DNA of 63,998 nucleotides, filler included, from Ionaspis alba (GCA_964255285.1; 8 parts of 8 records of this genome joined end to end with filler, not necessarily neighbours in it), one strand, 5' to 3'; shown: positions 52,270-63,998, counted from the whole stretch's first letter. Made by a program: numbers and translations. The notes: generated from the sequence alone by a model not told the origin.

Positions 52270-54054
52270 CTAAGAAGCATTAGCCCTATCTATCGCACGC
52301 TCTGCCATCTTAGCCTCTTTTCCTGCGTTGTGCTTCTCCACTCTTACTCGGCGCTCCTCTCTCCATTTCGGTCCCCATCTCATCAAGACCAACAACAAGG
52401 GGCTCGCACAAAGGACCACAGCTCCGATGAATGTGAAACACCATCCCAAGCCCATGCCTTGTATCATCGGCACGATAACAGCTGTGCCCGCAGCTCCCAT
52501 GACACACCTAATCAGGTTATTCGCGGCGGTAGCAGTAGCGGGACTCAAAGGGTAGAAGTCCACAAGCATGACACTCATGATATTGAAAGCTCCTGTGAAA
52601 GAGAACCCCACCAGAGATTGTAAGACCAGAGGGACGGCCAGATGAGCCTCCTTCTGCAAAACCCAACCGTAGCAGAGTATGGTAGCAGCACCGGAATAAA
52701 GTAGTGGGAAAGCGACTTGTAGACGAGCTTTCTCAATGGGGAAGTTCTTCATGTCTTCGCCACGCTTTTTGTCAATGGTAATGCCTGCTTGCTTTGCAAC
52801 TCTTCTATAGTTGAAGTCCATGAATTTGCCAGACACTATTGCTGAGAGCGCACAGCCGATACCGAAAGGGATGAAGATGAGACCAATTTGCAGATCATTC
52901 AGACCGTAGATCTGTGCAGCGAGACTAGGAAGACTGCTGATGATGTCGTAGAAGGCAACGTAGACGAGACTATTATAGAAAAGCAACATGGCAACATCCT
53001 TCTCCATGATGATATGAATTGCCTTTAACGGGTTCGGGCACCTCAGCTTCCGTTTACCAGCAAGCTCCGCCTGCGCCGCTTTGGCCTCCTGCCGTGACAC
53101 AGTACGGTTGAGAGTCTCGCTCTGTTCGATCTTCCGTAATGCCAGATAATTGAGTAAAGACATATTCCAGCCTGGCGGTGGAACGGAGCCATTGCCAACA
53201 ACATTTCGTCCAGTCTCCGGGAAAGTGATTAGAAATGGAACAAGATAGGCAACCGCCATGATCGTGAGGAACCAGAAAATAGACCTCCAACCAAGATACT
53301 GCGTTAGCACTCCTCCTATGACGGGGGCAACAGCTGGTCCGATCATTGGCCCTGATATTGCAAATCCCATGTAGGTCCCCCGTTCCGAGCTTGAGGCAAC
53401 GTCTGCCACCACCCCATTTGCCAGAGCTATCGTTGCACTGCTTCCCGAGCTTTGCAGGCATCTCAGGACGAACAATGCTGCATAGCTACTCTGCAAAGCC
53501 AAACCAATATTGGCTGCAATGTAAATGACAAAGGCGATGAAGTACGCGGGCCTTCTGCCCGCCATGTCGGCTAGATCACCGAAAACTGTAGGTGCAAGAC
53601 CCTGGAAGATCAGGTAGGAGGTTAGGGTCAAATTGATTAGAGTATCTGAGACTTTGTACTCAGCGGCTAAGGCGTTCAGGGCTGGAAAATATATACTGGC
53701 GGATAGCGGGGAAAAGAAGCCCGCCCATGATACCATGAAGACGATATATCGTTTCTTGTTCTTGCCGAAAACTGAGTGTGGAGGCCCGCGACTGACAGCG
53801 TACTGGAGAGCTTCCGCGTCATCAGAGGCTTTATCCTCTTCACGCCTTGCGGAGGAAACCTTAGCCTCTTGCATTGGGTGGTTGCCGCCAATGATGCTGA
53901 AGCTGTCCTGTATTGAGCCATTCCTGACATCCTCACTCTGCTTCTCGGTTGATCCTGCAGATGCGTCGTCCACCAAGTGATGGTTATCGGAGGTCTGTGG
54001 GTTCCGGTGGAAATTTACCGACTCCGCGGTTTCTTGTCCTTCCTTGGCGGACAT
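52270..54054 (-). CDS. MFS drug:H+ antiporter (DHA1, QDR/AQR1-like), intronless
   Basis: FFSPLSASIYFPAL, INLTLTSYLIFQGLAP, DMAGRRP, LRCLQSSGSS, ERG, GWRSIFW, FPETGR, FPIEKARL, ATAANNLIRC. Confidence 0.93.
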   Translation of the reverse strand: MSAKEGQETAESVNFHRNPQTSDNHHLVDDASAGSTEKQSEDVRNGSIQDSFSIIGGNHPMQEAKVSSARREEDKASDDAEALQYAVSRGPPHSVFGKNKKRYIVFMVSWAGFFSPLSASIYFPALNALAAEYKVSDTLINLTLTSYLIFQGLAPTVFGDLADMAGRRPAYFIAFVIYIAANIGLALQSSYAALFVLRCLQSSGSSATIALANGVVADVASSSERGTYMGFAISGPMIGPAVAPVIGGVLTQYLGWRSIFWFLTIMAVAYLVPFLITFPETGRNVVGNGSVPPPGWNMSLLNYLALRKIEQSETLNRTVSRQEAKAAQAELAGKRKLRCPNPLKAIHIIMEKDVAMLLFYNSLVYVAFYDIISSLPSLAAQIYGLNDLQIGLIFIPFGIGCALSAIVSGKFMDFNYRRVAKQAGITIDKKRGEDMKNFPIEKARLQVAFPLLYSGAATILCYGWVLQKEAHLAVPLVLQSLVGFSFTGAFNIMSVMLVDFYPLSPATATAANNLIRCVMGAAGTAVIVPMIQGMGLGWCFTFIGAVVLCASPLLLVLMRWGPKWREERRVRVEKHNAGKEAKMAERAIDRANAS

Positions 54055-54715
54055 GTTGGGCGGACGACAATTTATTCCTGTCAAGATATGCCCTGGCCCA
54101 ATCCAAGAGCTATTCTACGAGCGAGCGGAGGGCTGGAAACATCCTCAGTATAAATGGAATGCGTATTCTCCCTTCGTGTTGTCCTCGACAGCCTGAAGCT
54201 ACGGACTTAATGCAAAAACCGCCGCGATAAGTGCCGTTTCTACCGAGATGGGTGGACTCCACGGTCCAACCTATCCTTCTATCTTCAGAGTACCTTCGAT
54301 GGATTAATGTGCGACCAGGCTCTACCAGAGCACTGACAGCTGAATTAGCTCTTGATTATGGTCGTGTATTTAGGAACTGCGGTCTCTCTCATGACCGGTA
54401 GGTGCACGAAAGTGCCGTCAAATCCGCCTCCCAAGGCATATCCAGCGGGATTGGTTTATGACGCTTGTCAACTCTGTCCAATCTATAAGGCCGTGAGCTT
54501 CATCTGCGGCTGTGCCAGTTTCCTTTGCATGAAGCTACCCTCTAAAGCCTATCAATCCAAGCAAAGAAGTGGGTTACACAACATGGCGAGGCTGCACTTT
54601 GCTGGGCCGCAGCCTCGGCGTGTAGCTGAATGTGCCTCGTGCTTCTGAAATACAAGTGTTGATGAAGTGTCTCATTCTGTTCTTGTCGAATCTTTCAATG
54701 TTATTCTGAACTTCT

Positions 54716-57583
54716 ATGGATCCTTTGAGCATCACCGCCAGTGTTCTTACTGTGCTTCAGACCACTTCCCAAGTCGTATCTATTTGTTACAACTATCGAT
54801 CTGCCGTAAACGATTCTTCGTGGGAGCTTCCTGAAATCCTTGAAGAAGCAAGAAGCCTTCGCAGCGTCCTTGAAACCCTCGAGCCACTTGCAAGGAAAGC
54901 AGAAAATACAGACCCCAGCGCCGAATCTCGTTTACCAACCTTCAAGCTGCTCTGCTCTCCTAAAGGTCCACTATCTTTTTGCCTCGAGATATTGAAGGCG
55001 CTAGAGCAGAAGCTTGCTCAACCAGCCTGGCTTGGAAAATCTGGGTCAAAGAGGAAGGCTCTCGCGCAGGCATTAAGATGGCCTCTCAAAGAGGCGGAAA
55101 CGAAAAAGATCCTTGAGAGTTTGAGACGACTGAAGGATATACTGAACCTCGCTTTGACAGCAGATCAAACGTATGTCTCTAGGCGCCGTTGTCCATTACT
55201 TGGCAAGAAGTAGATCAATGACCCGTCCACTTTAGTGCCTTGTTGCTTGCTATCGAGGACACCGCCCAGGTCAACCACACCACGATACTCGAAGTATTAG
55301 AAGGTGTCTCCGAAGTACAAGAAGGTGTCTCTAAACTAGAACAATCGTTAGCCACAGCGAGACTAGGTAAGACCTGCATGCTATATTCGCGAACGCGTCA
55401 ATTCATACAAACTTCTTAGACGAACACACAAAAAGAATACATCAATGGCTGGCAGCACCCGACTCTTCGTCGAACCACGCTGCTGCGCGAAAGAAATACC
55501 AAGCAACAACAGGCTCCTGGTTCCTTGAGTGTAGTGAGTTTGTTGACTGGAAATCCGACCCAGGGAAGCTGCTTTGGCTGTACGGAATTCCTGGTTGCGG
55601 CAAAACCATTCTGAGCTCTACGGTAATAGAGGATGTTCTCCAGCACTGCCAATCGCAATCGTCTGCAGCTGCTGTCTATTTCTATTTCGACTTCAATGAC
55701 TCAGAGAAGCAATACTATGGGAAAATGCTGCGCTCGCTCATCAGGCAATTGAATTCTACAGATCCAATAGTGCAGCAAGCACTACAAACTCTCTTCGACT
55801 CTTGTATAAACGGTGACAGACAGCCTGAGATTAGCCAACTTGAGTCAACTCTACAGCGAATGATTGAAGGCTTTCAGGATGTGTATATCGTTCTCGATGC
55901 GCTCGACGAATGTGTTGGCCGAAATGAACTCTTGGAAGGGATTCAAACAATGATGGGCTGCTGCAGATCAAGGCTGCATATCCTCACAACGAGCCGACGG
56001 GAACGAGACATTGAAGATTCATTCGACGGGATTCTTGACAAAAGTCACAAGATTTGCCTCCAGACCTCAGTTGTCGATAGCGATATCCGCACATATGTAC
56101 ATGAAAGGCTCCTAAGCGATCGAAAGCTGGAACGCTGGAGCAAAAACAAAACGATACAGGACGAGATCAAAACAGTCTTGACAGAAAAGTCGGGCGGAAT
56201 GTAAGAACGCCATTTTCGATATGATTTAATTCAACCAGAACAATTACTTATACCCCCCGCTCTAGGTTCCGTTGGGCTGTCTGTCAATTGGATACCCTTT
56301 GCAAATGCTTGAAATTGGATACACTGAGAAAAGCACTGTCTTCATTGCCCAAGGATTTGGACGAGACATACGCTCGTATCCTCAAAACTATCCCCGAGGA
56401 ATATTGCCACGACGTGTGGATAATTCTCCAATGGCTTGTTCACTCGGCACGACCCATGGGAATCGAAGAGGTGGCGGAAGCAGTCGCTATTGACATCTCT
56501 TGCACTCCAGAATTTGACATCAATAGACGATTCTCTGAGCCAAACGACCTACTTCTGGTCTGCGGTAGCCTGATCACCACGACGAGCATTGATCCTAGAT
56601 ATCGAGCTGGACCGAGGGTCGAACTGGCACATTTCTCTGTCAAGGAGTTCCTTGTATCAAAAACGTTCTCAATTGGGCCCATGACGTGCCATGCCATTAC
56701 GGAGAAGGAGGCAAACGTCACTATTGCTGGACAATGCCTAGCTTACCTAAGACAGATTGAGGATCCTCGGTCTGCACTCCTGCCCGCTTCCCATGATTAC
56801 CCTCTAGTTCCATATGCATCTAAATTCTGGAAAGACCATACTCAGTGGATCGACAAGGATGACAAGGAATTTTCGCTCACGGCAGAGCTGTTCCTATGTG
56901 GCAGAGAAACTTGGTGGAAGCGAAGTTGGATTCTCGGTCCCAACTCACCTTGGGAGCACTATTATCGGCCCACACCGCTTTTTTTCGCATCCTCGAATGG
57001 TCTACTCGAAATAGTCAAGAGTCTTATTGATGCAGGCGTTGACATGAACGAACAAGTCAGTAAATACGGCACCGCCCTGATTGTCTCGATATCAAATCGC
57101 CGCCTCCCAATCACTAAATGGCTGCTCAAAGAAGGTGTCGACGTCAACGCCGAAGCAGAAGACCTCAGGACGCCTCTGGAAGCTGCTTGTCTCCCACCTC
57201 AGCCTGAAGTTGTTGCATTATTGCTAGAACGAGGAGCGCATGTCAATGGCCCTCCTAGGAGGTTTGCGAGGTCACGAAGCCCACTACTTCTAGCATCAAA
57301 ATCAGCCAACAATGAGATTGTGCGCATGTTGTTGGAAGCAGGTGCTGATCTCGAGGTACAGGATGAGCATGGCGATACGCCGCTTTTGCTAGCAGCGACA
57401 GCATCATCGGACGAGGTAGTCCGCCAATTACTGGAAGCCGGTGCTGACGTGAATGCCCAGAATCCTAAAGGCGTCAATGCACTACTCACAGCCTCTTTCG
57501 CGGGCGCGGAACGAGTTGTTGAGAGGTTGCTGGATGTCGGGGCAGACGTCAATGCACAAAGTGGATCTGGAACGACTGCTTTG
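54716..57583 (+). CDS. Fungal NLR-like STAND protein: HeLo-like/SesA-type N-terminus, NACHT, ankyrin repeats; 3'-truncated
   Basis: MDPLSITAS...ALRWPLKEAE; P-loop LWLYGIPGCGKTILSS; YFYFDF; Walker B IVLDALDEC; LTTSR; SGGMFRW; LPKDLDETYARIL; LAHFSVKEFL; ankyrins TPL..A...LLEAGADVNAQ; introns ~55171, ~55367 and ~56201. Confidence 0.93.
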
Positions 57584-57683
57584 NNNNNNNNNNNNNNNNN
57601 NNNNNNNNNNNNNNNNNNNNNNNNNNNTTAATTAATTAANNNNNNNNNNNNNNNNNNNNNNNNNNNNNNNNNNNNNNNNNNNN
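57584..57683. other. Artificial contig linker
   Basis: N-TTAATTAATTAA-N. Confidence 0.99.
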
Positions 57684-57836
57684 ATTATATGGCGTAGAAG
57701 ACACTGGACTCAAAGCTGTAGATGTTACCGGGACGGTGACCTGGGTAATCGAAGGTGGCGGTCTTGGCGGAACATCCGAGGAAGATAATGTTATGGGTAC
57801 GACGACGGTAGTGGTCGTTATCAAAGTTGCAATCGG

Positions 57837-57990
57837 TGGCCCCTTTGACATACCAGGCCATGGCCCCTCTGATATACCAGGCCATGGCCCCTCTGATATG
57901 CCAGGCCATGGCCTCCCTGACATACCAGGCCATGGTCCGTTTGACATACCAGGCCATGGCCCCTTTGACATAACAGGGGATGGCCTCCTT
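57837..57990 (-). repeat. 24-bp tandem repeat (~6 units), probably coding (M/I)S-x-GPWPG within a Thr/Pro-rich truncated ORF (57684 to ~58095)
   Basis: ggcccctttgacataccaggccat units; minus frame MSKGPWPGMSNGPWPGMSGRPWPGISEGPWPG followed by TTTTVVVP. Confidence 0.85.
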
Positions 57991-59704
57991 GATATAATGG
58001 GGATAGTTCTTTGGTATCCAGTTGGGATAGATACGATTCTTTTGGTTTCAGGAAGAGCAGAGGCTGGCAGAGTATTGTATAGCGTGAAGGTAGATCTAAT
58101 TCACCGTCTTTCGTTAGAAAAGGGACAGTTGACGCTCATGTTTACTGAGAAGTAGTTTGAGCGGTGATCGTATAAACATTGAATAGACAAAAGGAGCACG
58201 ATGAAGTTGGGATATAGGGAATAGCAGCTATCAAATGCCGTAGATCTGAATTGTGGCATTACTTACTAAGGCAGGCAAAGTCGATGGGACGAACCATACC
58301 TTGGGACAGCCTAGCACATAACGGTAAGTTGAGATGAAGGAAAAGGGCAAAGTAGATAGCATACATCTTGTGAAACTGTTGGGGTTCAGATGTACGAGCA
58401 GCACATTTTGCGACTCAAGAAGACTTATTAAGGAGCTTGAAGACTCTTTTCTAGGAGAATTTGTGTGCTGTGCTCTTACTACAATGCATCTTGACTTTGC
58501 CACACTGCACACTGAAAGGGTAAGGTTCCTGTGAGGCGCGGTGTGCTTTTCATACTGCTCATCATCAGTGCATAGTAGCGAGGCATAGCTATTCGTGTAT
58601 GCATCCCCAATGCAGGAGTAAAGGCATAGCCAAGGGGCACAAATACCGATTTCAGGGAATTCGACGTCGGAATCTCGGGATGAGCAATTTCCATTTCCAC
58701 CTTTGGGCCTGAGCAGCCACTGCTTCAATTTGAACTGTAAGTGAGCAAGCCTGAACTTAGTTTGAACCGAACCGGAGTCTAGTTTGCGACAAACTTGAGC
58801 GATACCTGAGCACGTTGTTAAAAGTACGCATGCATCCTAATGCACGTCGGACGTGCGAATAGGATGGGGAAGGTAAAACCCGAGTTTTGGCGCTAATCGC
58901 AGGCCGGGCTTGCGATTATTAAACCGACAAGAGTGCCATATGTTGTACCACGGTGCAGCAACAGGGACACATAAACACTGGTGGTACATGTCCCACCTGT
59001 GTTCTGAAGTGTCATGGCACGGCCATCGAACTCTCTCGCAAGACTGTGATTGACGCCACGGCGTCAAGCTACGCTAACCCATGTTGGACAAGCATGGCTC
59101 CTCAAGCTCCGAAGAATCCTGATGCTACGCCAAGACTCCATAGTATATAGGCGCGTTCATGAGACATCTGTGAGAGACTCTCATGACGAACTCATGAATG
59201 CCCGAGACATCTGGCAAGTTTGTACTGCTGCAATCCTTGCCTTATACATAAGACCTGAGTAGAGTCTAAGACTCCTGGGACCCAGCTCACCCCTTAGGCC
59301 CAACCAACCTACGCGAGGTACGTTGACGGTTAGGAGGCCGGTCTAGAGCAAATCAATAGAGGTTTCATTGATTAGGACAGCCAATCTAAAGAGAAGAGGA
59401 AGGGGAAGCTGGGCTACTAGGTACAAAGGACAGCCTGTGTGCGCCAAGACATGCCCCGAGGCCAAAAGGCCGGTTTTCGCANNNNNNNNNNNNNNNNNNN
59501 NNNNNNNNNNNNNNNNNNNNNNNNNNNNNNNNNNNNNNNNNNNNNNNNNNNNNNNNNNNNNNNNNNNNNNNNNNNNNNNNNCGCATCGTTCTGGTTTCTT
59601 GAGAAATGCAGTCACTTATTTGCAAGTCTGTTGCAAGATTTTAGACATCTTCTGACGCACCCAAATCCGCATTTCGCTGTGCAACCTGCGGATCATAAGT
59701 CACC

Positions 59705-62083
59705 ATGTCCTCTGCGCTAACGCTCTACGATGCTTCGGCTCCCCTTCTATCGCAGAGGTTTACCCCTACAAATTCTTTCCCGCAATCAGGCAGCTGGTCG
59801 TGGGTCAACCTGATAGATAGCGGAGTCAGAGGTGCTGTTAAAGTCCTCTCCCGCTACTCTGCAGCAGGTGTTGATCAATACACCGTTATCATTGGACAGA
59901 TTGTTTGCGGTAACTTCAAACTCAGTGTCCGAGGTGCGAGGCGTTTGGAATCTGCGATCATGGAGCTCAAATCAATGAATACGATTGGTAACATGCTGCA
60001 TTTTGGCTTTGGTGTCGACAGCGTGGTCCGCAATCTAGCAACCACAGAGGAGGGTGGAATTCTTGTGGCACTTTGTGCTGCTGCTACTGAGGCCTATGCA
60101 CTTAATCACGCCGGTGATATATTCTGGGAGCTCGTGCGCACCTGTAAAGTCCCCGAAAAACAGACGCCCTCACCGCTGCAATGGAAAGCTCTCTTGAAGG
60201 CATGTGCCGGCACACTTGCGGAGACGGAATTCCCAAAGCTAGCTGAACATTTGATGCATCTGCATTCCAACTATAACCTGCTCACTGTCGGCCGATACGA
60301 GACGGGAACCCATTGGAACGCCAGGGGGGTCTCAAGCCCCGATACCATTGCAGAAGCCCTGCTAGCAATTGGCAAAGTCTCCACTGGGGAGTTAGTGTCG
60401 ATTTCTATAGTAGGTGGTGGCGATGCTGGATGGCTGGCTGCAATCGCGCAATGGATATTCGACCTCAGGGTTGCCATTTTCAACCATGAAGGCGAATTGC
60501 TTCACGCAAACTCGGCCCAAGAAAACCAACCTCAAGTTCACGTTTTTTTCGTGAAGCCTTATGGCTACGTGAATGACCTCAAATTGGTTGTACACGGAAA
60601 AGTCTATCGGCTTCGCGACATTACAGGGATGTTCTTCGAGAAGGGAAATGAACTCGGATCTGCACTGGTCTGCAGCCGTGTGCCATGGGCCAATGCCCTC
60701 TCTCTTACCTTCGGCTTGGAGTTCAAGCGACTGATGGAGATGCATCGCTCGTTTAGCAGAGTCATCTTGTCAGCCGGGCGGGTATTTGACGGGATTGCTA
60801 GAGCAGAACCTCGAGCTCTACCTACCGAAAGGCAGTATTGCCAAACCTACTTTAGAGATGGACGAGGACGGGGTTTTCTGGCTTTTGCAATCGCAGTCTT
60901 CCCGGAGCTGGAACCATTGAACAGTGTCATAGATACAACCGTCTTACGCTCTTTCGATTCTGCATGCGATAGCTACGATTCTAGCAAGGCTCATATCAAG
61001 ACCGGGTGTGGTTGTTCTCTCTGCCTCCAAGGTATTGAAGATGGCATAAACGAGGATAAGTTCTGTTTAGTGCTTCTGATGGAGGCAATCATTGTGGTGG
61101 TCCAATCTATGTCAGGAATATCTGCTCCCACAGCCCTCTTTCCGACGAGGAGCGGTCTGGAAGCCTTCTACCGACGGCAGCTCAAGTTGCACAAGTCGAA
61201 GAAATTACACGGCCGTATAGAAAGGTATGGTGCTGTGGGCGCGGTTCTGGAATTCAATAACGCTGAGTGTGAGGAATGGAACATCGAGGAATCTGTGGCT
61301 ATTCGGAGAGTGATCGATGCGGCCAGGCTCTTCAGCGGGCGCCATATAGAAAGTGTTGGTCACGAACAGGTTGCAATCAGTATTTCTGGCATCGTTGTCT
61401 TCTTAAACACGCTTCTGGAAGGAGGTCTGCCTGTTGATCCTGAGCTTATGGGTCGGTGCACTGTCATTCCCGGTCACATCGAAATGCATGGACGCTCGTA
61501 CGCCCATCTCGAGGACTTTAGCGACTTCGATGGAGCAGGCATGGACTACCGCAATAGACGTGGGGCCGGCGTTGGTCCTAATCTGCTTTATGACCCATCT
61601 GAATTGACTGATAACTACGAGCAAGTCTCACTGGTTGCGAAGGAGGGCGTAGAAAGCGTGAAGGTGGGCCTTTCGTTCCAGGAAGCAAGTGGAGATCGCT
61701 CCGTGGTACTTGGGCCTGCTGGTCTGACACAACGTGTACTTGAAGCTACTGGCGTTGTTAGTTGTGACGGCAAAACCTGCGATCGTACGTCAATAGAGAT
61801 ACGAACAGAGGTTAGCGATTGCGTCAAAATTGTTGAATGGAATGGCCAGTGCGAGACTTGGTTGTTTCAAGGAAATCCTCATGGGCGGCTTGTAGCATTA
61901 ACAAGAACCCTCGCCATAGGATTTGCACGAGCCCTCGATATTCAACCGATTTATTATCCGATATTCCGAAGCTATGAATGTATGAACTGCTGCATTAAAG
62001 TCGCAGAGCTGTCCGAGTCCGAGAAGGCTATCGTTATTACCAAGCGGCCAATTTCACGCGGGCAGCGGATTCGCGAGGAGTAG
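59705..62083 (+). CDS. Uncharacterised fungal protein (792 aa), intronless
   Basis: 2.4-kb ORF with a good start context (caccATG), globular composition and Cys clusters (CGCSLC, CMNCC). Confidence 0.8.
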   Translation: MSSALTLYDASAPLLSQRFTPTNSFPQSGSWSWVNLIDSGVRGAVKVLSRYSAAGVDQYTVIIGQIVCGNFKLSVRGARRLESAIMELKSMNTIGNMLHFGFGVDSVVRNLATTEEGGILVALCAAATEAYALNHAGDIFWELVRTCKVPEKQTPSPLQWKALLKACAGTLAETEFPKLAEHLMHLHSNYNLLTVGRYETGTHWNARGVSSPDTIAEALLAIGKVSTGELVSISIVGGGDAGWLAAIAQWIFDLRVAIFNHEGELLHANSAQENQPQVHVFFVKPYGYVNDLKLVVHGKVYRLRDITGMFFEKGNELGSALVCSRVPWANALSLTFGLEFKRLMEMHRSFSRVILSAGRVFDGIARAEPRALPTERQYCQTYFRDGRGRGFLAFAIAVFPELEPLNSVIDTTVLRSFDSACDSYDSSKAHIKTGCGCSLCLQGIEDGINEDKFCLVLLMEAIIVVVQSMSGISAPTALFPTRSGLEAFYRRQLKLHKSKKLHGRIERYGAVGAVLEFNNAECEEWNIEESVAIRRVIDAARLFSGRHIESVGHEQVAISISGIVVFLNTLLEGGLPVDPELMGRCTVIPGHIEMHGRSYAHLEDFSDFDGAGMDYRNRRGAGVGPNLLYDPSELTDNYEQVSLVAKEGVESVKVGLSFQEASGDRSVVLGPAGLTQRVLEATGVVSCDGKTCDRTSIEIRTEVSDCVKIVEWNGQCETWLFQGNPHGRLVALTRTLAIGFARALDIQPIYYPIFRSYECMNCCIKVAELSESEKAIVITKRPISRGQRIREE

Positions 62084-63125
62084 CAGGTGGACGCTGTGCG
62101 GCCGTTTGAGCGGACACTCGTGGAGCTGGCTTCTCTTCAAGTAGAGGGGAAAGGAAAGACCAACGGCTAGCCCTCTACGCTTATGAGGTGCTCTCGCGTT
62201 AGGGTAGAAAAGAGCGGGCTCGTGCGCTGGTCCTTCCTACGCGAAACGGTCTTTTATGATCATGGATTGGTTTAACCAAAGGCAGCAGCGACACTGTCGC
62301 TCGAGGAGCTCAAAAACGCTGGACTGCGGCCCCCCTAAGCCAGACCTGAGCAGTAAAGTCCAATCCATCTTTTTCGCTCCGTTCATCGAGGACAAGGACT
62401 TCCCATTCTGCGCGAAGAGTTTACCGGGGGGCGAACTGCTGTTCATACACACAGAGGTCGTGGCAAAGCACCACAGAAAAGAGCTGGCCTTAAGATTATG
62501 TGTGTAACGACCAAAAAACTCTCTTTCTGCTTCACCATGGCTCACCTCAAGGGCACAGGGACACAGGGATCGTGGTTGACAAGATTGCCCACGGCTGCTC
62601 CTCGTGGGCAGATAAGCATTTGGGCGGAGACAGCGTGATACAGAGTTTCGGTGATCAGGATTGCTCGTGGCATTGTTGGCGCTTCCACAATAAGGACATG
62701 GCCAAGTACATACAGGCACTAAAGATTGGACAGACTCAGGGAGTGGAAAATCGATATTTAGAGCCCAAGAGGTATTCCCGATCACGGGGATTTGATTCCG
62801 AAGATTGGTTACTGTGATAGTGTGTCATAGGGCGATGGTTGTGCTGGTGTATAATATAATATCTAGGTCGGCGTTCGCGGAAAATCAGTAACACTGACAT
62901 TGCCAAATTACGGTACTAACCAACTATCACAGCACCATCTCTCTCAAGAACCTCCGTCCAATACCGACACCAGTGTCCCATCCAGGATCATCAGCAAGTC
63001 TAGCTCTTGGCCATTCGGATTCGAAATCTACCAACATGTCCCAATGTACGACACCGACATTACCGCTGATGTTCACCAGCCCAACCATTTTTAAGCCTTG
63101 TGTAGAGTATCATGCTTGCGCTGTA

Positions 63126-63998
63126 TCATCCGAACGACCTTAGCTCGCCAGAGCTCTCTTCATCCTTAGTCTGCCGCAGAACGCTAGGATGCAAAACAAG
63201 GAAGACAGCCATCACTATGACCATCAACATCGCATCGAACACATACAACGGCCATTCCGTCCTCAACAAATATCCCGCATTGCCCTGGATGTATTCCACA
63301 ACACGGAAAATGCTTCGGATCATAATGAGGAAGCTGACCGCATACAGCATGAGCATTATTCTCTCCCACGGCAGTGACGTGCTGGGCGGCGCTGCAGTCT
63401 GACGCTTCCGGCAGCGAAGATGGAAAATAGTTGCAGTGACAATGAAGAACCCGAAGAATACAATTTGGAGAAACAGTCCTGCCAGGATAATTTTCTCTCC
63501 AGTATGCAAGAAGCTCAATGTCCCCACTGCCTGAAGCCCACCGCCAAGCATCTGCGTCAGGAACGCAAGCACGTCACCCCAAACAAACAAACGCGTTTGC
63601 CAGCGGACTGGTATGAGGGAGAGAGTCTCGCTGTGAGTTGTGCGGATGACCCGACTCAGTGTCATATAGATGCTAGCGGCGAAGAGGGCGGGACCGAGTA
63701 GGATGAGCAGTGATTGCATGATGAAGGGGCCAAGCGTGAGGTTGTTGTAATGCGAGAGAATGCGGCCGATATAACCGATTGTCTCAACTGGAAGCAATGG
63801 TCAGAGGATAGGGACCGTGAAGGGGGACTGAAGCCACGCACAGAGGCCGCCGATGACAAAGGGTATGCAGAACCATGTTCTATTTCTCACTAGTCTGTAG
63901 ATATGGGCCGTAGAAAGAACACCGAACAAGATTGTTGCAACAAGAGCTAGAGCCAGAGAAGGAACATAGCGATAGAGTTTGAAATCGTAGGAATCTCC
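63126..63998 (-). CDS. RTA1-like protein, 5' end beyond the window (1 intron visible)
   Basis: FKLYRYVPSLALA...FVIGGL[intron]ETIGYIGR...FIMQSLLILLGPALFAASIYMTL...FVWGDV...IRSIFRVVEYIQGNAGYL..TEWPLYVFDA. Confidence 0.93.

Noticed and set aside
48408..63998. Two RTA1 genes as a local duplication
   Set aside because: On different contigs and divergent; RTA1 is a large family in filamentous fungi

Overview
Eukaryotic (filamentous ascomycete, Pezizomycotina-type) genomic DNA with short GT-AG introns and CTRAY branch sites. The window is not one locus. It is 8 unrelated ~8.1 kb contigs, sorted by decreasing size and joined by artificial 100-nt N-TTAATTAATTAA-N linkers, plus five 100-N scaffold gaps, so neighbourhood is only meaningful within a contig. 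Recognisable genes: DUF3431 protein, mitochondrial malate dehydrogenase, MBD4-like glycosylase, sugar porter, AIM6-like phosphodiesterase, a CYP7-like P450, TRM61, cysteinyl-tRNA synthetase, TFIIA large subunit, TRK K+ transporter, LaeA, class II sirtuin, MMT-type CDF transporter, xylulokinase, S-formylglutathione hydrolase, RBM39/Pad-1, SCS7, two RTA1 proteins, RPS17, MRP51, a DHA1 MFS transporter, a HeLo-like/NACHT/ankyrin NLR and several orphan ORFs. The least explained structure is a degenerate ~166-bp tandem array (~8 units, ~42490-43810) whose best-conserved motifs resemble intron donor/branch/acceptor signals. All calls are by-eye motif recognition; no searches were run.
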